From Eledone cirrhosa (lineage: Eukaryota), in the NCBI GenBank assembly GCA_964016885.1, contig OZ024763.1, positions 25,730,001 to 25,794,000 on the forward strand: a DNA stretch of 64,000 bases. Direction: 5' to 3'. Positions 45,874 through 58,420 of this stretch are shown here, piece by piece (position 1 is the stretch's first letter; every line of letters starts with the position of its first letter). The notes beneath the pieces were generated by a model that was given only the letters and a program-made list of their open reading frames with translations, was not told where the DNA came from and searched no databases. The position numbers were made by a program, and so were the translations under genes.

Positions 45874-46796
45874 ATATACATTCACATACATACATACATG
45901 CATGTATGTATGAATGTGTATGTGTGTGTATAAATATATATATATAGAGGATAAAGATCCCCTTCAGTCATCAATGACCAAGGGATTTCCACCTAGAAAG
46001 TTTCCCTTGTGTCTTACAAGTTAGGGTGAGATTGTTTATGGAAGACCAGCAGTCTTCCTTCTCTATGCCACCGATGTTGTCCAAGGAAGAGGCAATGGCC
46101 GATACAGCTTGGCACCAGTGACGTCGCAACTTATTTCTACAGCTGAGTAAACTGGAGCAACGTGGAATAAAGTGTCTTGCTGAAGGACACAATACATGCC
46201 CCAGTCCTAGAATCGAACTCACAACCTCACGATTGCAAGCCCAATGCTCTAACCACTAAGTCATGCGCCTTCACAGCCCACACTACCCTTACTCTGTAAA
46301 GTTATGTTGATATCACAAAAACATCCAGCCCTCACTCTAAAGTGGTTGTGTAGGAGATACACCAAAAAGCACCCAGCCTACACTGTAAAGTGGTCGTGTA
46401 GGAGAAACAGCAAAAAGCACTCAGCCCACACTGTAAAGTGGTCATGTAGGAGACATGGTAAAAAGCACCCAGGCTACACTGTAAAGTGGTCGTGTAGGAG
46501 ACACAGCAAAAAGCACCCAGCCCACATTATAAATGTGGTTGGCATTAGGAAGGGCATCCAGCCATAGAAATCTAGCCAAAAACAGTCCATCTTGCCTCTA
46601 ATGGGACAAATCCATGTCTAACCCATGTTAGCGTGGAAAATAGACATTAAATGATGATGATAATGTGTGTGTGTGTATAAATGTGGTTGGTGTTAGGAAG
46701 GGCATCCAGCTATAAAAATCCCAGCTAAGATACAGTTCTGTTTGAACAAGGTACAGTGTGGCCAGCTGGTCAGACTTGTCTCATGACCATCTAAAC

Positions 46797-46974
46797 CAGG
46801 CATTGGCAACCTTTTTTGAGAAGCAGGCCGCATGTCATATGACTTATCATCAGGCGGGCCGCAAGCACTAATTTACATTTGTGCCCATATTTAAAAAAGG
46901 GGCGGTAACTCAAGTTGTTCTGACTTAAGCGAGCCATTCAGAAAGCTTCACGGGCCACAGGTTGCTCATGATTG
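46797..46974. mobile_element. hAT (Charlie-like) MITE
   Basis: 8-bp TSD ATCTAAAC/GTCTAAAC; imperfect TIR CAGGCATTGGCAACC / GGTTGCTCATGATTG; internal GGCCGCA motifs. Confidence 0.7.
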
Positions 46975-47363
46975 GTCTAAACGGTGGTGGTGATGATGAG
47001 GATGATGATGATGTTTTATTTATGTGTGTGTTTGTATGTGTGTGACAGCTCACACCTATGCAGGTTTAGCTGGCCTCCTCCAAGGTATATCTCGTTGGAG
47101 GTGTCTTGGGTGATTTAATGATGGGGACTCCAGTCCTATCTTCCCATTTCTACAGCTGAGTAAACTGGAGCAACGTGAAATAAAGTGTCTTGCTCAAGGA
47201 AACAACACATCAGCCGGTCCGAGAATTGAACTCACAACCTCTCACTTGCAAGCCCAATGCTCTAACCACTAAGCCATGCGCCTGTGTTTGTGTATACATA
47301 TATGTGTATGTCTACATGTCCATATAATTATATGTAATTCCTGTTTATTTTCTCTATATTCAG

Positions 47364-47474
47364 TATATTGGTCAAGTTGGTTCTGTCCATCGAATCACTG
47401 ACCGAGGTGATATACGTGTGCAATATGAAGGCTGTAGCAACAGATGGACATTTCATCCAGGAGCTCTAACAAAG
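47364..47474 (+). CDS. MIB2: MIB2 exon, Mib repeat 1 C-part
   Basis: CAG acceptor; YIGQVGSVHRITDRGDIRVQYEGCSNRWTFHPGALTK; AAG|GTCAGT donor. Confidence 0.93.
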
Positions 47475-50400
47475 GTCAGTCTGTCAGTCACTCATACCAC
47501 ACTCTGTCCAGTCACTCACACCACTCTCTGTCCAGTCACTCACACCACTCTCTGCCCAGTCACTCACACCACTCTCTCTCCAGTCACTCACACCACTCTC
47601 TGCTCAGTCACTCACACCACTCTCTCTCCAGTCACACACACCACTCTCTGTCCAGTCACTCACACCACTCTCTGTCCGGTCACTCACACCACTCTCTGTC
47701 CAGTCACTCACACCACTCTGTCCAGTCACTCACACCACTCTCTTTATGGTCACTCACACCACTCACTGTCAGTCACTCACACCACTCTCTGTCCGGTCAC
47801 TCACACCACTCTCTGTCCAGTCACTCACACCACTCTCTGTCCGGTCACTCACACCACTCTCTGTCCGGTCACTCACACCATCCTCTGTCCAGTCACTCAC
47901 ACCACTCTGTCCAGTCACTCACACCACTCTCTGTCCGGTCACTCACACCACTCTCTGTCCAGTCACTCACTGTCCAGTCACTCACACCACTCTGTCCAGT
48001 CACTCACACCACTCTCTTTATGGTCACTCACACCACTCTCTGTCCGGTCACTCACACCATCCTCTGTCCAGTCACTCACACCACTCTGTCCAGTCACTCA
48101 CACCACTCTCTGTCCGGTCACTCACACCACTCTCTGTCAGTCACTCACACCACTCTGTCAGTCACTCACACCACTATCTGTCCAGTCACTCACACCACTC
48201 TCTTTATGGTCACTCACACCACTCACTGTCAGTCACTCACACCACTCTCTGTCCAGTCACTCACACCACTCTCTGTCAGTCACTCACACCACTCTCTGTC
48301 AGTCACTCACACCACTATCTGTCCAGTCACTCACACCACTCTCTTTATGGTCACTCACACCACTCACTGTCAGTCACTCACACCACTCTCTGTCCAGTCA
48401 CTCACACCACTCTCTGTCAGTCACTCACACCACTCTCTGTCAGTCACTCACACCACTCTCTGTCCAGTCACTCACACCACTCTCTGTCCAGTCACTCACA
48501 CCACTCTCTGTCCAGTCACTCACACCACTCTCTGTCAGTCACTCACACCACTCTGTCAGTCACTCACACCACTCTCTGTCCAGTCACTCACACCACTCTC
48601 TGTCCGGTCACTCACACCACTCTCTGTCCGGTCACTCACACCACTCTCTGTCCCGTCACTCACACCACTATCTGTCCGGTCACTCACACCACTCTGTCCA
48701 GTCACTCACACCACTCTCTGTCCGGTCACTCACACCACTCTCTGTCCGGTCACTCACACCACTCTCTGTCCAGTCACTCACACCACTATCTGTCCGGTCA
48801 CTCACACCACTCTCTGTCCGGTCACTCACACCACTCTCTGTCCAGTCACTCACACCACACTCTGTCCGGTCACTCACACCACTCTCTGTCCAGTCACTCA
48901 CACAACTCTCTGTCCAGTCACTCACACCACTCTCTGTCCAGTCACTCACACCACTATCTGTCCGGTCACTCACACCACTCTCTGTCCGGTCACTCACACC
49001 ACTCTCTGTCCAGTCACTCACACCACTATCTGTCCGGTCACTCACACCACTCTCTGTCCGGTCACTCACACCACTCTCTGTCCGGTCACTCACACCACTC
49101 TCTGTCCAGTCACTCACACCACTATCTGTCCGGTCACTCACACCACTCTCTGTCCAGTCACTCACACCACACTCTGTCCGGTCACTCACACCACTCTCTG
49201 TCCAGTCACTCACACCACTCTCTGTCCAGTCACTCACACCACTATGTCCAGTCACTCACACCACTCTCTGTCCAGTCACTCACACCACTCTCTGTCAGTC
49301 ACTCACACCACTCTCTGTCCGGTCACTCACACCACTCTGTCCAGTCACTCACACCATCCTCTGTCCGGTCACTCACACCACTCTCTGTCAGTCACTCACA
49401 CCACTCTCTGTCCAGTCACTCACACCATCCTCTGTCCAGTCACTCACACCACTCTCTGTCCGGTCACTCACACCACTCTCTGTCCAGTCACTCACACCAT
49501 CCTCTGTCCGGTCACTCACACCATCCTCTGTCCAGTCACTCACACCACTCTCTGTCCGGTCACTCACACCACTCTCTGTCCAGTCACTCACACCACTCTC
49601 TGTCCAGTCACTCACACCACTCTCTGTCCGGGCACTCACACCACTCTCTGCCCAGTCACTCACACCACTCTCTGTCAGTCACTCACACTACTCTCTGTCC
49701 AGTCACTCACACCACTCTCTGTCCAGTCACTCACACCATCCTCTGTCCGGTCACTCACACCACTCTCTGTCAGTCACTCACACCACTCTCTGTTCGGTCA
49801 CTCACACCACTCTCTGTCCAGTCACTCACACCATCCTCTGTCCAGTCACTCACACCACTCTGTCCGGTCACTCACACCACTCTCTGTCCAGTCACTCACA
49901 CCATCCTCTGTCCAGTCACTCACACCACTCTCTGTCCGGTCACTCACACCACTCTCTGTCCAGTCACTCACACCATCCTCTGTCCAGTCACTCACACCAC
50001 TCTCTGTCCGGTCACTCACACCACTCTCTGTCCGGTCACTCACACCACTCTCTGTCCAGTCACTCACACCATCCTCTGTCCAGTCACTCACACAACTCTG
50101 TCCAGTCACTCACACCATCCTCTGTCCAGTCACTCACACCACTCTCTGTCCGGTCACTCACACAACTCTCTGTCCAGTCACTCACACCACTCTCTGTCCG
50201 GTCACTCACACCACTCTCTGTCCGGTCACTCACACCACTCTCTGTCAGTCACTCACACCACTCTCTGTCAGTCACTCACACCACTCTCTGTCAGTCACTC
50301 ACACCACTCTCTGTCAGTCACTCACACCACTCTCTGTCAGTCACTCACACCACTCTCTGTCCAGTCACTCACACCACTCTCTTTATGGTCACTCACACCA

Positions 50401-53400
50401 CTCTCTGTCCAGTCACTCACACCACTCTCTGTCCAGTCACTCACACCACTCTCTGTCCAGTCACTCACACCACTCTCTGTCCAGTCACTCACACCACTCT
50501 GTCCAGTCACTCACACCACTCTCTGTCCAGTCACTCACACCACTCTGTCCAGTCACTCACACCACTCTGTCCAGTCACTCACACCACTCTCTGTCAGTCA
50601 CTCACACCACTCTCTGTCCAGTCACTCACACCACTCTCTTTATGGTCACTCACACCACTCTCTGTCCAGTCACTCACACCACTCTCTGTCCAGTCACTCA
50701 CACCACTCTCTTTATGGTCACTCACACCACTCTCTGTCCAGTCACTCACCACTCTCTGTCCAGTCACTTACACCACTCTCTGTCCAGTCACTCACACCAC
50801 TCTCTGTCCAGTCACTCACACCACTCTCTGTCCAGTCACTCACACCACTCTGTCCAGTCACTCACACCACTCTGTCCAGTCACTCACACCACTCTCTGTC
50901 AGTCACTCACACCACTCTCTGTCAGTCACTCACACCACTCTCTGTCCGGTCACTCACACCACTCTCTGTCCAGTCACTCACACCATCCTCTGTCCAGTCA
51001 CTCACACCACTCTCTGTCCGGTCACTCACACCACTCTCTGTCCAGTCACTCACACCACTCTCTGTCAGTCACTCACACCACTCTCTGTCAGTCACTCACA
51101 CCACTCTCTGTCAGTCACTCACACCACTCTCTGTCAGTCACTCACACCACTCTCTGTCAGTCACTCACACCACTCTCTGTCAGTCACTCACACCACTCTC
51201 TGTCAGTCACTCACACCACTATCTGTCCAGTCACTCACACCACTCTCTGTCAGTCACTCACACCACTCTCTGTCCAGTCACTCACACCACTCTCTGTCAG
51301 TCACTCACACCACTCTCTGTCAGTCACTCACACCACTCTCTGTCCGGTCACTCACACCACTCTGTCCAGTCACTCACACCACTCTCTGTCCAGTCACTCA
51401 CACCACTCTCTGTCCGGTCACTCACACCATCCTCTGTCCAGTCACTCACACCACTCTGTCCAGTCACTCACACCACTCTCTGTCCGGTCACTCACACCAC
51501 TCTCTGTCCAGTCACTCACACCACTCTCTGTCCGGTCACTCACACCACTCTCTTTATGGTCACTCACACCACTCACTGTCAGTCACTCACACCACTCTCT
51601 GTCCGGTCACTCACACCATCCTCTGTCCAGTCACTCACACCACTCTGTCCAGTCACTCACACCACTCTCTGTCCGGTCACTCACACCACTCTCTGTCAGT
51701 CACTCACACCACTCTGTCAGTCACTCACACCACTATCTGTCCAGTCACTCACACCACTCTCTTTATGGTCACTCACACCACTCACTGTCAGTCACTCACA
51801 CCACTCTCTGTCCAGTCACTCACACCACTCTCTGTCAGTCACTCACACCACTCTCTGTCAGTCACTCACACCACTATCTGTCCAGTCACTCACACCACTC
51901 TCTTTATGGTCACTCACACCACTCACTGTCAGTCACTCACACCACTCTCTGTCCAGTCACTCACACCACTCTCTGTCAGTCACTCACACCACTCTCTGTC
52001 AGTCACTCACACCACTCTCTGTCCAGTCACTCACACCACTCTCTGTCCAGTCACTCACACCACTCTCTGTCAGTCACTCACACCACTCTCTGTCAGTCAC
52101 TCACACCACTCTCTGTCCAGTCACTCACACCACTCTCTGTCCGGTCACTCACACCACTCTCTGTCCGGTCACTCACACCACTCTCTGTCCAGTCACTCAC
52201 ACCACTATCTGTCCGGTCACTCACACCACTCTGTCCAGTCACTCACACCACTCTCTGTCCGGTCACTCACACCACTCTCTGTCCGGTCACTCACACCACT
52301 CTCTGTCCAGTCACTCACACCACTATCTGTCCGGTCACTCACACCACTCTCTGTCCAGTCACTCACACCACTCTCTGTCCGGTCACTCACACCACTCTGT
52401 CCGGTCACTCACACCACTCTCTGTCCAGTCACTCACACCACTCTCTGTCCGGTCACTCACACCACTCTCTGTCCGGTCACTCACACCACTCTCTGTCCGG
52501 TCACTCACACCACTATCTGTCCGGTCACTCACACCACTATCTGTCCGGTCACTCACACCACTCTCTGGCCAGTCACTCACACCACTATCTGTCCGGTCAC
52601 TCACACCACTCTCTGTCCAGTCACTCACACCACTATCTGTCCGGTCACTCACACCACTCTCTGTCCGGTCACTCACACCACTCTCTGTCCAGTCACTCAC
52701 ACCACTATCTGTCCGGTCACACCACTCTCTGTCCGGTCACTCACACCACTCTCTGTCCAGTCACTCACACCACTCTCTGTCCAGTCACTCACACCACTAT
52801 CTGTCCGGTCACTCACACCACTCTCTGTCCAGTCACTCACACCACACTCTGTCCGGTCACTCACACCACTCTCTGTCCAGTCACTCACACAACTCTCTGT
52901 CCAGTCACTCACACCACTCTCTGTCCAGTCACTCACACCACTATGTCCAGTCACTCACACCACTCTCTGTCCAGTCACTCACACCACTCTCTGTCAGTCA
53001 CTCACACCACTCTCTGTCAGTCACTCACACCACTCTCTGTCCAGTCACTCACACCACTCTCTGTCAGTCACTCACACCACTCTCTGTCCAGTCACTCACA
53101 CCACTCTCTGTCAGTCACTCACACCATTCTGTCCAGTCACTCACACCACTCTCTGTCAGTCACTCACACCACTCTCTGTCAGTCACTCACACCACTCTCT
53201 GTCAGTCACTCACACCACTCTCTGTCCAGTCACTCACACCACTCTCTGTCAGTCACTCACACCACTCTCTGTCCAGTCACTCACACCACTCTCTGTCCAG
53301 TCACTCACACCACTCTCTGTCAGTCACTCACACCACTCTCTGTCAGTCACTCACACCACTCTCTGTCAGTCACTCACACCACTCTCTGTCATTCACTCAC

Positions 53401-54482
53401 ACCACCCTGTCCAGTCACTCACACCACTCTCTGTCAGTCACTCACACCACTCTCTGTCAGTCACTCACACCACTCTCTGTCAGTCACTCACACCACTCTC
53501 TGTCCAGTCACTCACACCACTCTCTGTCAGTCACTCACACCACTCTCTGTCCAGTCACTCACACCACTCTCTGTCAGTCACTCACACCACTCTCTGTCCA
53601 GTCACTCACACCACTCTCTGTCCAGTCACTCACACCACTCTCTGTCAGTCCCTCACACCACTCTCTGTCAGTCACTCATACCACTCTGTCAGTCACTCAC
53701 ACCACTCTCTGTCAGTCACTCACACCACTCTCTGTCAGTCACTCACACCACTCTCTGTCCAGTCACTCACACCACTCTCTGTCAGTCACTCACACCACTC
53801 TCTGTCCAGTCACTGACACCACTCTCTGTCAGTCACTCACACCACTCTCTGTCCAGTCACTCACACCACTCTCTGTCAGTCACTCACACCACTCTCTGTC
53901 AGTCACTCACACCACTCTCTGTCAGTCACTCACACCACTCTCTGTCAGTCACTCACACCACTCTCTGTCAGTCACTCACACCACTCTCTGTCCAGTCACT
54001 CACACCACTCTCTGTCAGTCACTCACACCACTCTCTGTCCAGTCACTCACACCACTCTGTCAGTCACTCACACCACTCTCTGTCCAGTCACTCACACCAC
54101 TCTCTGTCCAGTCACTCACACCACTCTCTGTCAGTCACTCACACCACTCTTTGTCAGTCACTCACACCACTCTCTGTCCAGTCACTCGCACCACTCTCTG
54201 TCCAGTCACTCGCACCACTCTCTGTCAGTCACTCACACCACTCTCTGTCCAGTCACTCACACCACTCTCTGTCAGTCACTCACACCACTCTCTGTCCAGT
54301 CACTGACACCACTCTCTGTCAGTCACTCACACCACTCTCTGTCCAGTCACTGACACCACTCTCTGTCAGTCACTCACACCACTCTCTGTCCAGTCACTCA
54401 CACCACTCTTTGTCAGTCACTCACACCACTCTCTGTCCAGTCACTCACACCACTCTCTGTCAGTCACTCACACCACTCTCTG
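47475..54482. repeat. 7-kb 22-24-bp minisatellite (about 300 units)
   Basis: Unit TC(C)(A/G)GTCACTCACACCACTCTCTG, starting at the splice donor. Confidence 0.97.
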
Positions 54483-54524
54483 GCAGGTCATTCTCTGTCC
54501 AGCTATATTTCTAATGAAAGACAC

Positions 54525-54622
<98 letters not shown>

Positions 54623-54850
54623 GTTAAATGATGATGATATACATATATATATATATATATATTTGTATATATGCATGTATGTATGTATGCGTGTGTGTGT
54701 ATATATATATATGTGATCAAAATAATTTAAATGGTATATATCTCTATATATCTCTATATATAAATATATATCGCAATCTCTTTCTCTCACTCAATCTCTC
54801 TCTGTGTGTCTCTCTCTCTCTCTCTCTCAATCTCTCTTTCTCTGTTTTAG

Positions 54851-54955
54851 GTTCAACTATTTACCATTGGTGATTCAGTCCAGATAATTGAAGATATTCG
54901 TAAAGTGAGAGAGTATCAGAAGGGTCACGGTGAATGGACTGATAGCATGGCATCG
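54851..54955 (+). CDS. MIB2: MIB2 exon, Mib repeat 2 N-part
   Basis: TTTTAG acceptor; VQLFTIGDSVQIIEDIRKVREYQKGHGEWTDSMAS; GTAAG donor. Confidence 0.93.
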
Positions 54956-54989
54956 GTAAGTGTATTCCAGCCATGACCATCCTCTTAGA

Positions 54990-56040
54990 AATCACACCCA
55001 GTCCACTCTGTAATGTATTGGTAGTGCTGGTGTCTCGATAAAACACACCCACTACACTCTGTAAAGTGGTAGTGGTGGTGTCACGGTAAAATACACCCAG
55101 TACTCTCTGTAAAATGATAGTGCTGATGTCACAATAAAACACACCCACTACACTCTGTAAAGTGGTAGTGGTGGTGCCACGGTAAAATACACCCAGTACT
55201 CTCTGTAAAATGATAGTGCTGATGTCACAATAAAACACACCCACTACACTCTGTAAAGTGGTAGTGGTGGTGCCACGGTAAAATACACCCAGTACACTCT
55301 GTAAAATGATAGTGCTGATGTCACAATAAAACACACCCACTTACACTCTGTAAAGTGGTAGTGGTGGTGCCACGGTAAAATACACCCAGTACACTCTGTA
55401 AAATGATAGTGTGCTGATGTCACAATAAAACACACCCACTACACTCTGTAAAGTGGTAGTGGTGGTGCCACGGTAAAATACACCCAGTACACTCTGTAAA
55501 ATGATAGTGTGCTGATGTCACAATAAAACACACCCACTACACTCTGTAAAGTGGTAGTGGTGGTGCCACGGTAAAATACACCCAGTACACTCTGTAAAAT
55601 GAGTGCTGATGTCACAATAAAACACACCCACTTACACTCTGTAAAGTGGTAGTGGTGGTGCCACGGTAAAATACACCCAGTACACTCTGTAAAATGATAG
55701 TGTGCTGATGTCACAATAAAACACACCCACTACACTCTGTAAAGTGGTAGTGGTGGTGCCACGGTAAAATACACCCAGTACACTCTGTAAAATGATAGTG
55801 TGCTGATGTCACAATAAAACACACCCACTACACTCTGTAAAGTGGTAGTGCTGGTGCCACGGTAAAATGTACTCTGTTCATTTTATAATGTGGTAGTATT
55901 GGTTTCACAATAAAATACTCCCAGCTCACTCTGTAAAGTCATAGTACTGGTGCCACAGTAAACCACACCCAGTATACTCTGTAAAGTCATAGTACTGGTG
56001 CCACATTAAACCACACCCAGTACACTCTTTAAAGTGCTGG
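54990..56040. repeat. Dimeric about 96-100-bp (2 x about 49) tandem array
   Basis: Alternating AAAACACACCCACTACACTCTGTAAAGTGGTAGTGGTGGTGCCACGGT / AAAATACACCCAGTACACTCTGTAAAATGATAGTGCTGATGTCACAAT. Confidence 0.92.
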
Positions 56041-56209
56041 TGCTACAATAAAATGTATGCAGTGTGGTTTCATGCAGTTTGTAATGTCAAATATTTTCTA
56101 GTATATTTACTAGTAGCGAGATTTTTGGGAAAACTTTGCAGTATTAGAGTAAAGACTTATTTGACCCCTTTTTTTTCATTCCTTTTTTCTTTTCTCCTTT
56201 TTTCAATAG

Positions 56210-56378
56210 GCATTAGGTAAAATCGGTAAAGTAAAACAGGTTTACCCCGACGGGGATTTACTTGTGTCGGTGTCTGGTAAAAAGTGGACATATAACCCTT
56301 TGTGCTGTGCAGTGGTACCAGAAAACTCCCATGAGGTCAATAACATTCTCAGTATGAGTGACCGGGAAGAGGACCCTG
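56210..56378 (+). CDS. MIB2: MIB2 exon, Mib repeat 2 C-part and linker
   Basis: Long pyrimidine tract + TAG; ALGKIGKVKQVYPDGDLLVSVSGKKWTYNPLCCAVVPENSHEVNNILSMSDREEDP; GTAAG donor. Confidence 0.92.
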
Positions 56379-57890
56379 GTAAGTTCCACCAGAGATTTTT
56401 GTTTTTCTAACGCCTCTTTTGGTTTCCTTGACCCCTCTCCCACTCCATCCCCCCTTTGCCTGCCATCACCCCTTTTTTAAGTTCCACCAGATTTTTGTTT
56501 TTCTAACCCCGTGCCAACCCATCCCTGCCATCACTATCCGTGGTATTTTCACTGGATTATGTTCTTTCCTCACAGTTCTATTTCCTTGAACGCCCCGCGC
56601 CAACCTCATCCCTCCCGCCAACCTCATCGGCAGGAGACCCAGGAGTAGACCCCAAGCAAAATGGTTGGATAACATGTATGAGCTTAGCTGGTCACGCTTG
56701 GCGATCGAGCCGGATTAGTTAGAGTCGGTTGCTTCTGACAGGACCTGCTGGAAGGAGTGTTTGAGGACTCTGCCCTCCACGACCCTCTCAGGAATAAGTG
56801 GGCGAAGAAGAACAAAAAAAGACAGTGGAGAAACGCTGAAAAACGTAAACAAAACAGAAACAAATAACTATATCGTGATAATTACCTCATCAGCTTCCTT
56901 CCAACCATCATTATATAGATATATACACCTCTCTAAGACAATGTCACTGGATCGAGATCTTTAGCGCCATGCAGTAATACAGAAGACCCGCCATCCCTAT
57001 GTACAAAGTTAACTTACAGTCAGTTGGCACTTCTTAACCAAACATACACCCCAACCCACTACCCCTACTCTATCCTCTCACTCCCACCAACACCACCCTT
57101 TCTCTGTAAAGTTATGTTGGTACCACAGAACATCCAGTCCAAACTAAAGAGGTCGTGTAGGTGTCACGACAAAAAAAAACATCCAGTCCACACTGTAAAG
57201 TGGTCGTGTATGAAACAGCAAAAAGGCTCCCAGTCCACACTGTAAATGTGGTTGGTGTTATGAAGGGCATCCAGCCATAGAAAACCTGCCAGATACAAGC
57301 AAGACACGGTCACCCGATCAATCTTGCCTCAAGTGGGACAATTCCCATCTAACCCATGCTAGCGTGGACGATGGACATTAAACAATGATGATGATATATA
57401 TATGGAGGCACATGGCTTAGTGGTTAGAGCATTGGCCTTGCAATCGAAAGGTTGTGAGTTCAATTCTCAGACCGGGTGATGTGTTGTTTCCTTGAGCAAG
57501 ACACTTTATTTCACATTGCTCCAGTTTACTCAGCTGTAGAAATGAGATGATAGGGACTGGGGTCCCTATCATTCCACTGCAAAGTGGTTGTGGAGGTGCC
57601 ACGGCAAAAAAGCACCCAACCCACACTGTAAAATGGACGTTTAGGCACCACGGAAAAAAGCACCCAGCACTCACTGTAAATGAGGTTGATGTTAGGAAGG
57701 GCATCCAGCTGTAGAAATCAATCCAGAATCAGTTCCTGTCCCACCCTTGCAAGCCGGGAAAAGTGGACGTAAAATGATGGTGATGATGATGATGATATGG
57801 TGACAGATTCATGGAAATCCGTGCAAGCAGTGTAACCTATTGATTGATATTCATTCAGTGATTGATTTTGTGTCCAATTTCTTATTGTAG

Positions 57891-58024
57891 CAACGCTGAC
57901 AGAGCTGCTGGAACAACTGTTAAATATGAGTCACAAAGATACAGGACTTGACCGGTTTGTGCGGGAAGCTGCTCAAGGCCAGATAGAAAATATACGGGAA
58001 GTTATAAAAAAGCACCCTGATAAA
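57891..58024 (+). CDS. MIB2: MIB2 exon, linker and first ankyrin repeat
   Basis: TAG acceptor; TLTELLEQLLNMSHKDTGLDRFVREAAQGQIENIREVIKKHPDK; GTAAG donor; phases consistent. Confidence 0.88.
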
Positions 58025-58420
58025 GTAAGTTACTGTTGTTATTTTTGCTATTGTTGTTGTTATTTATATTTATATATATAATTAATATATATATATTAAT
58101 TTATATATATATATATCTTATTTATAATGATTGAAAGACTGCGAGACTGTTTCAAGGATATTTCTTCTGAACATGTTATTAAAAGTTGGATTACTTTGGA
58201 TAAATCATGAATGAATATTACATAATTTATCTACTAAATTTCGCAGCTGTTGATTAAACATAAATATTCTTATATATAAGTAATGTATAGCTTATTTTAA
58301 GATTCACTTCTTTAAAAATTTTCAAATGTCTACACTTCCAGTTAGCGTCCGTTATATCTTAATACTTAGCTGTATGCTATATCATATCACTTATATAAAC
58401 CTTCATATATTTGCATTGTT

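Noticed and set aside
47418-54514. ORFs of more than 2000 aa in all three + frames
   Set aside because: Stop-free 22-24-bp satellite; only 47364-47474 is a real exon, ending at a GT donor
58135-58250. Further hammerhead-like halves (also about 740, 14960, 20670, 22580, 26140-26185, 31295, 40240)
   Set aside because: GAAAC or CTGAnGA present but the partner core or stem I could not be found; at best decayed
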